A DNA stretch of 64,000 nucleotides from an uncultured Planctomycetaceae bacterium (lineage in GTDB: Bacteria > Planctomycetota > Planctomycetia > Isosphaerales > Isosphaeraceae), in NCBI GenBank assembly GCA_963833985.1, contig CAWIAD010000002.1, positions 736,001 through 800,000 on the forward strand. Direction: 5' to 3'. This document shows positions 63,113-64,000 of the stretch, piece after piece; positions within the stretch are counted from its first letter, which is position 1, and each line of letters begins with the position of its first letter. Both the position numbers and the translations under genes were made by a program. A model generated the notes under the pieces. It saw only the letters and a program-made list of their open reading frames with translations. It was not told the origin of the DNA and did no database searches.

Positions 63113-64000
63113 CTATCCTTCTTTTCTCCCGATCAGGGTGCAGCTTTCGCCGTTCGTCCTCTCCCCATCATCCTTTTCTTCATCCCCGCTTGCTCTCGAT
63201 CGCTCCTCATTCCCGCCCCCTCCACTCGCATCCTGCCCGAGGCGCGTGCCCGATTGGCTCCGTTCTGGCGTCCCTTTTCGCTCCGCAACGACTGCATCCT
63301 CTTTACCACTATCAACTTGCGTCGCCACCAGATTGGCTTCGTTCAAGACACCCCGAGAAACTCGTGGTGAACCACCCGTAGGGTGGGTCAGCGCAGCGCA
63401 ACCCACTGGCTTGCAGACCTTTACGTGCGGTGAGATACCCCCGCCCAACGACATCCCGGGACCATCCCCTTCGTTCCGGCCGTTGCGCGATTCATCGTGT
63501 GGTTGACGTGCGACTGGCTCCGGCGCGGGGCCGATCTGCGGCTCATGGACAACCGGCATGGGGGGGCGGTCGGCTTCATTATTGTTGTCGGCGCCGAGCT
63601 CGGCTTTTTGCAGCTTCGACAGCGTGGTCAGCGTACGCAGCAGCTCACGGGTCAGCGCACCCTGGTGCCGGCGCAGGACCGCGACGGCCTTGCTGGCGGC
63701 GAAGACCGCGCGGTCGGGCTCGGCGTCGGCTTCGATCTGCTCCAGGTCCTCGTGCTCGCCGAGCCGCGCTTCCAGCCGGTGGATCGCCTCGTCCACGATC
63801 GAGCTGAGGACCTCCCAGCCCTCTTTCGGGTTCGCCGGCGGGCGCGACAGGCGCCGCCACGGCATCGCGCCGCTGAAATAAGGGCCGGAGCTGGCCTTCA
63901 TGTTGCGGAACAGCTCCCAGAGCTCGCGGCCCTGACCCGGCTCGATCGCGTCGACGGCCTGGAATACGCGGTTGGCGGCCGGGTCGATCATCCCTTCCAG
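63113..64000 (-). CDS. Hypothetical protein, 3' part (start beyond window); low-complexity tail containing a REP
   Basis: Helical, GC3-rich segment 63600-64000 (LRRHQGALTRELLRTL); tail of uncertain coding status. Confidence 0.6.
   Translation of the reverse strand: MEGMIDPAANRVFQAVDAIEPGQGRELWELFRNMKASSGPYFSGAMPWRRLSRPPANPKEGWEVLSSIVDEAIHRLEARLGEHEDLEQIEADAEPDRAVFAASKAVAVLRRHQGALTRELLRTLTTLSKLQKAELGADNNNEADRPPMPVVHEPQIGPAPEPVARQPHDESRNGRNEGDGPGMSLGGGISPHVKVCKPVGCAALTHPTGGSPRVSRGVLNEANLVATQVDSGKEDAVVAERKGTPERSQSGTRLGQDASGGGGNEERSRASGDEEKDDGERTNGESCTLIGRKEG
63378..63406 (+). repeat. GTAG-type REP-like element
   Basis: GTAGGGTGGGTCAGCGCAGCGCAACCCAC, one base longer than the copy at 6821-6850. 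Confidence 0.8.

Overview
High-GC bacterial chromosome window, very likely Planctomycetota (DUF1559 prepilin-like gene, LEPRxLL-type secreted protein, planctomycete-type ECF sigma factor, carboxypeptidase-regulatory-domain giants). Left to right: the end of a CheC/CheD-type chemosensory operon (mcp-cheR-cheA-cheC-cheD-cheY-cheB) interrupted by REP-like repeat blocks and a GxxExxY nuclease gene enclosed by inverted repeats; an IS1634-family element with intact ends inserted beside a REP; two tandem ~1,190-aa secreted paralogues followed by a secreted protein whose UGA is probably read through as selenocysteine; a 406-bp duplication bracketing a RelE/ParE toxin-antitoxin pair; a large secreted DUF11 protein; ECF sigma factor plus hydrolase; an ABC-type ATPase/DUF4276-like pair; an orphan DNA methyltransferase behind argH-lysA-HEAT-sigma54 activator; a cysteine-free Cu/Zn SOD; a three-gene candidate defence operon (DUF559/Vsr-like nuclease, unknown protein, double-ATPase HerA-like protein); then mostly housekeeping genes (SLC13 permease, acyl-CoA ligase-GNAT, hydrolase, Gfo/Idh/MocA, hemA, ccsA-like, diguanylate cyclase, ugd, sirC-like). 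About 14 small frameshifts in 11 otherwise intact genes most likely reflect long-read consensus errors. No tRNA, rRNA or CRISPR array was recognised. All family calls are by motif recognition only; no database search was run.
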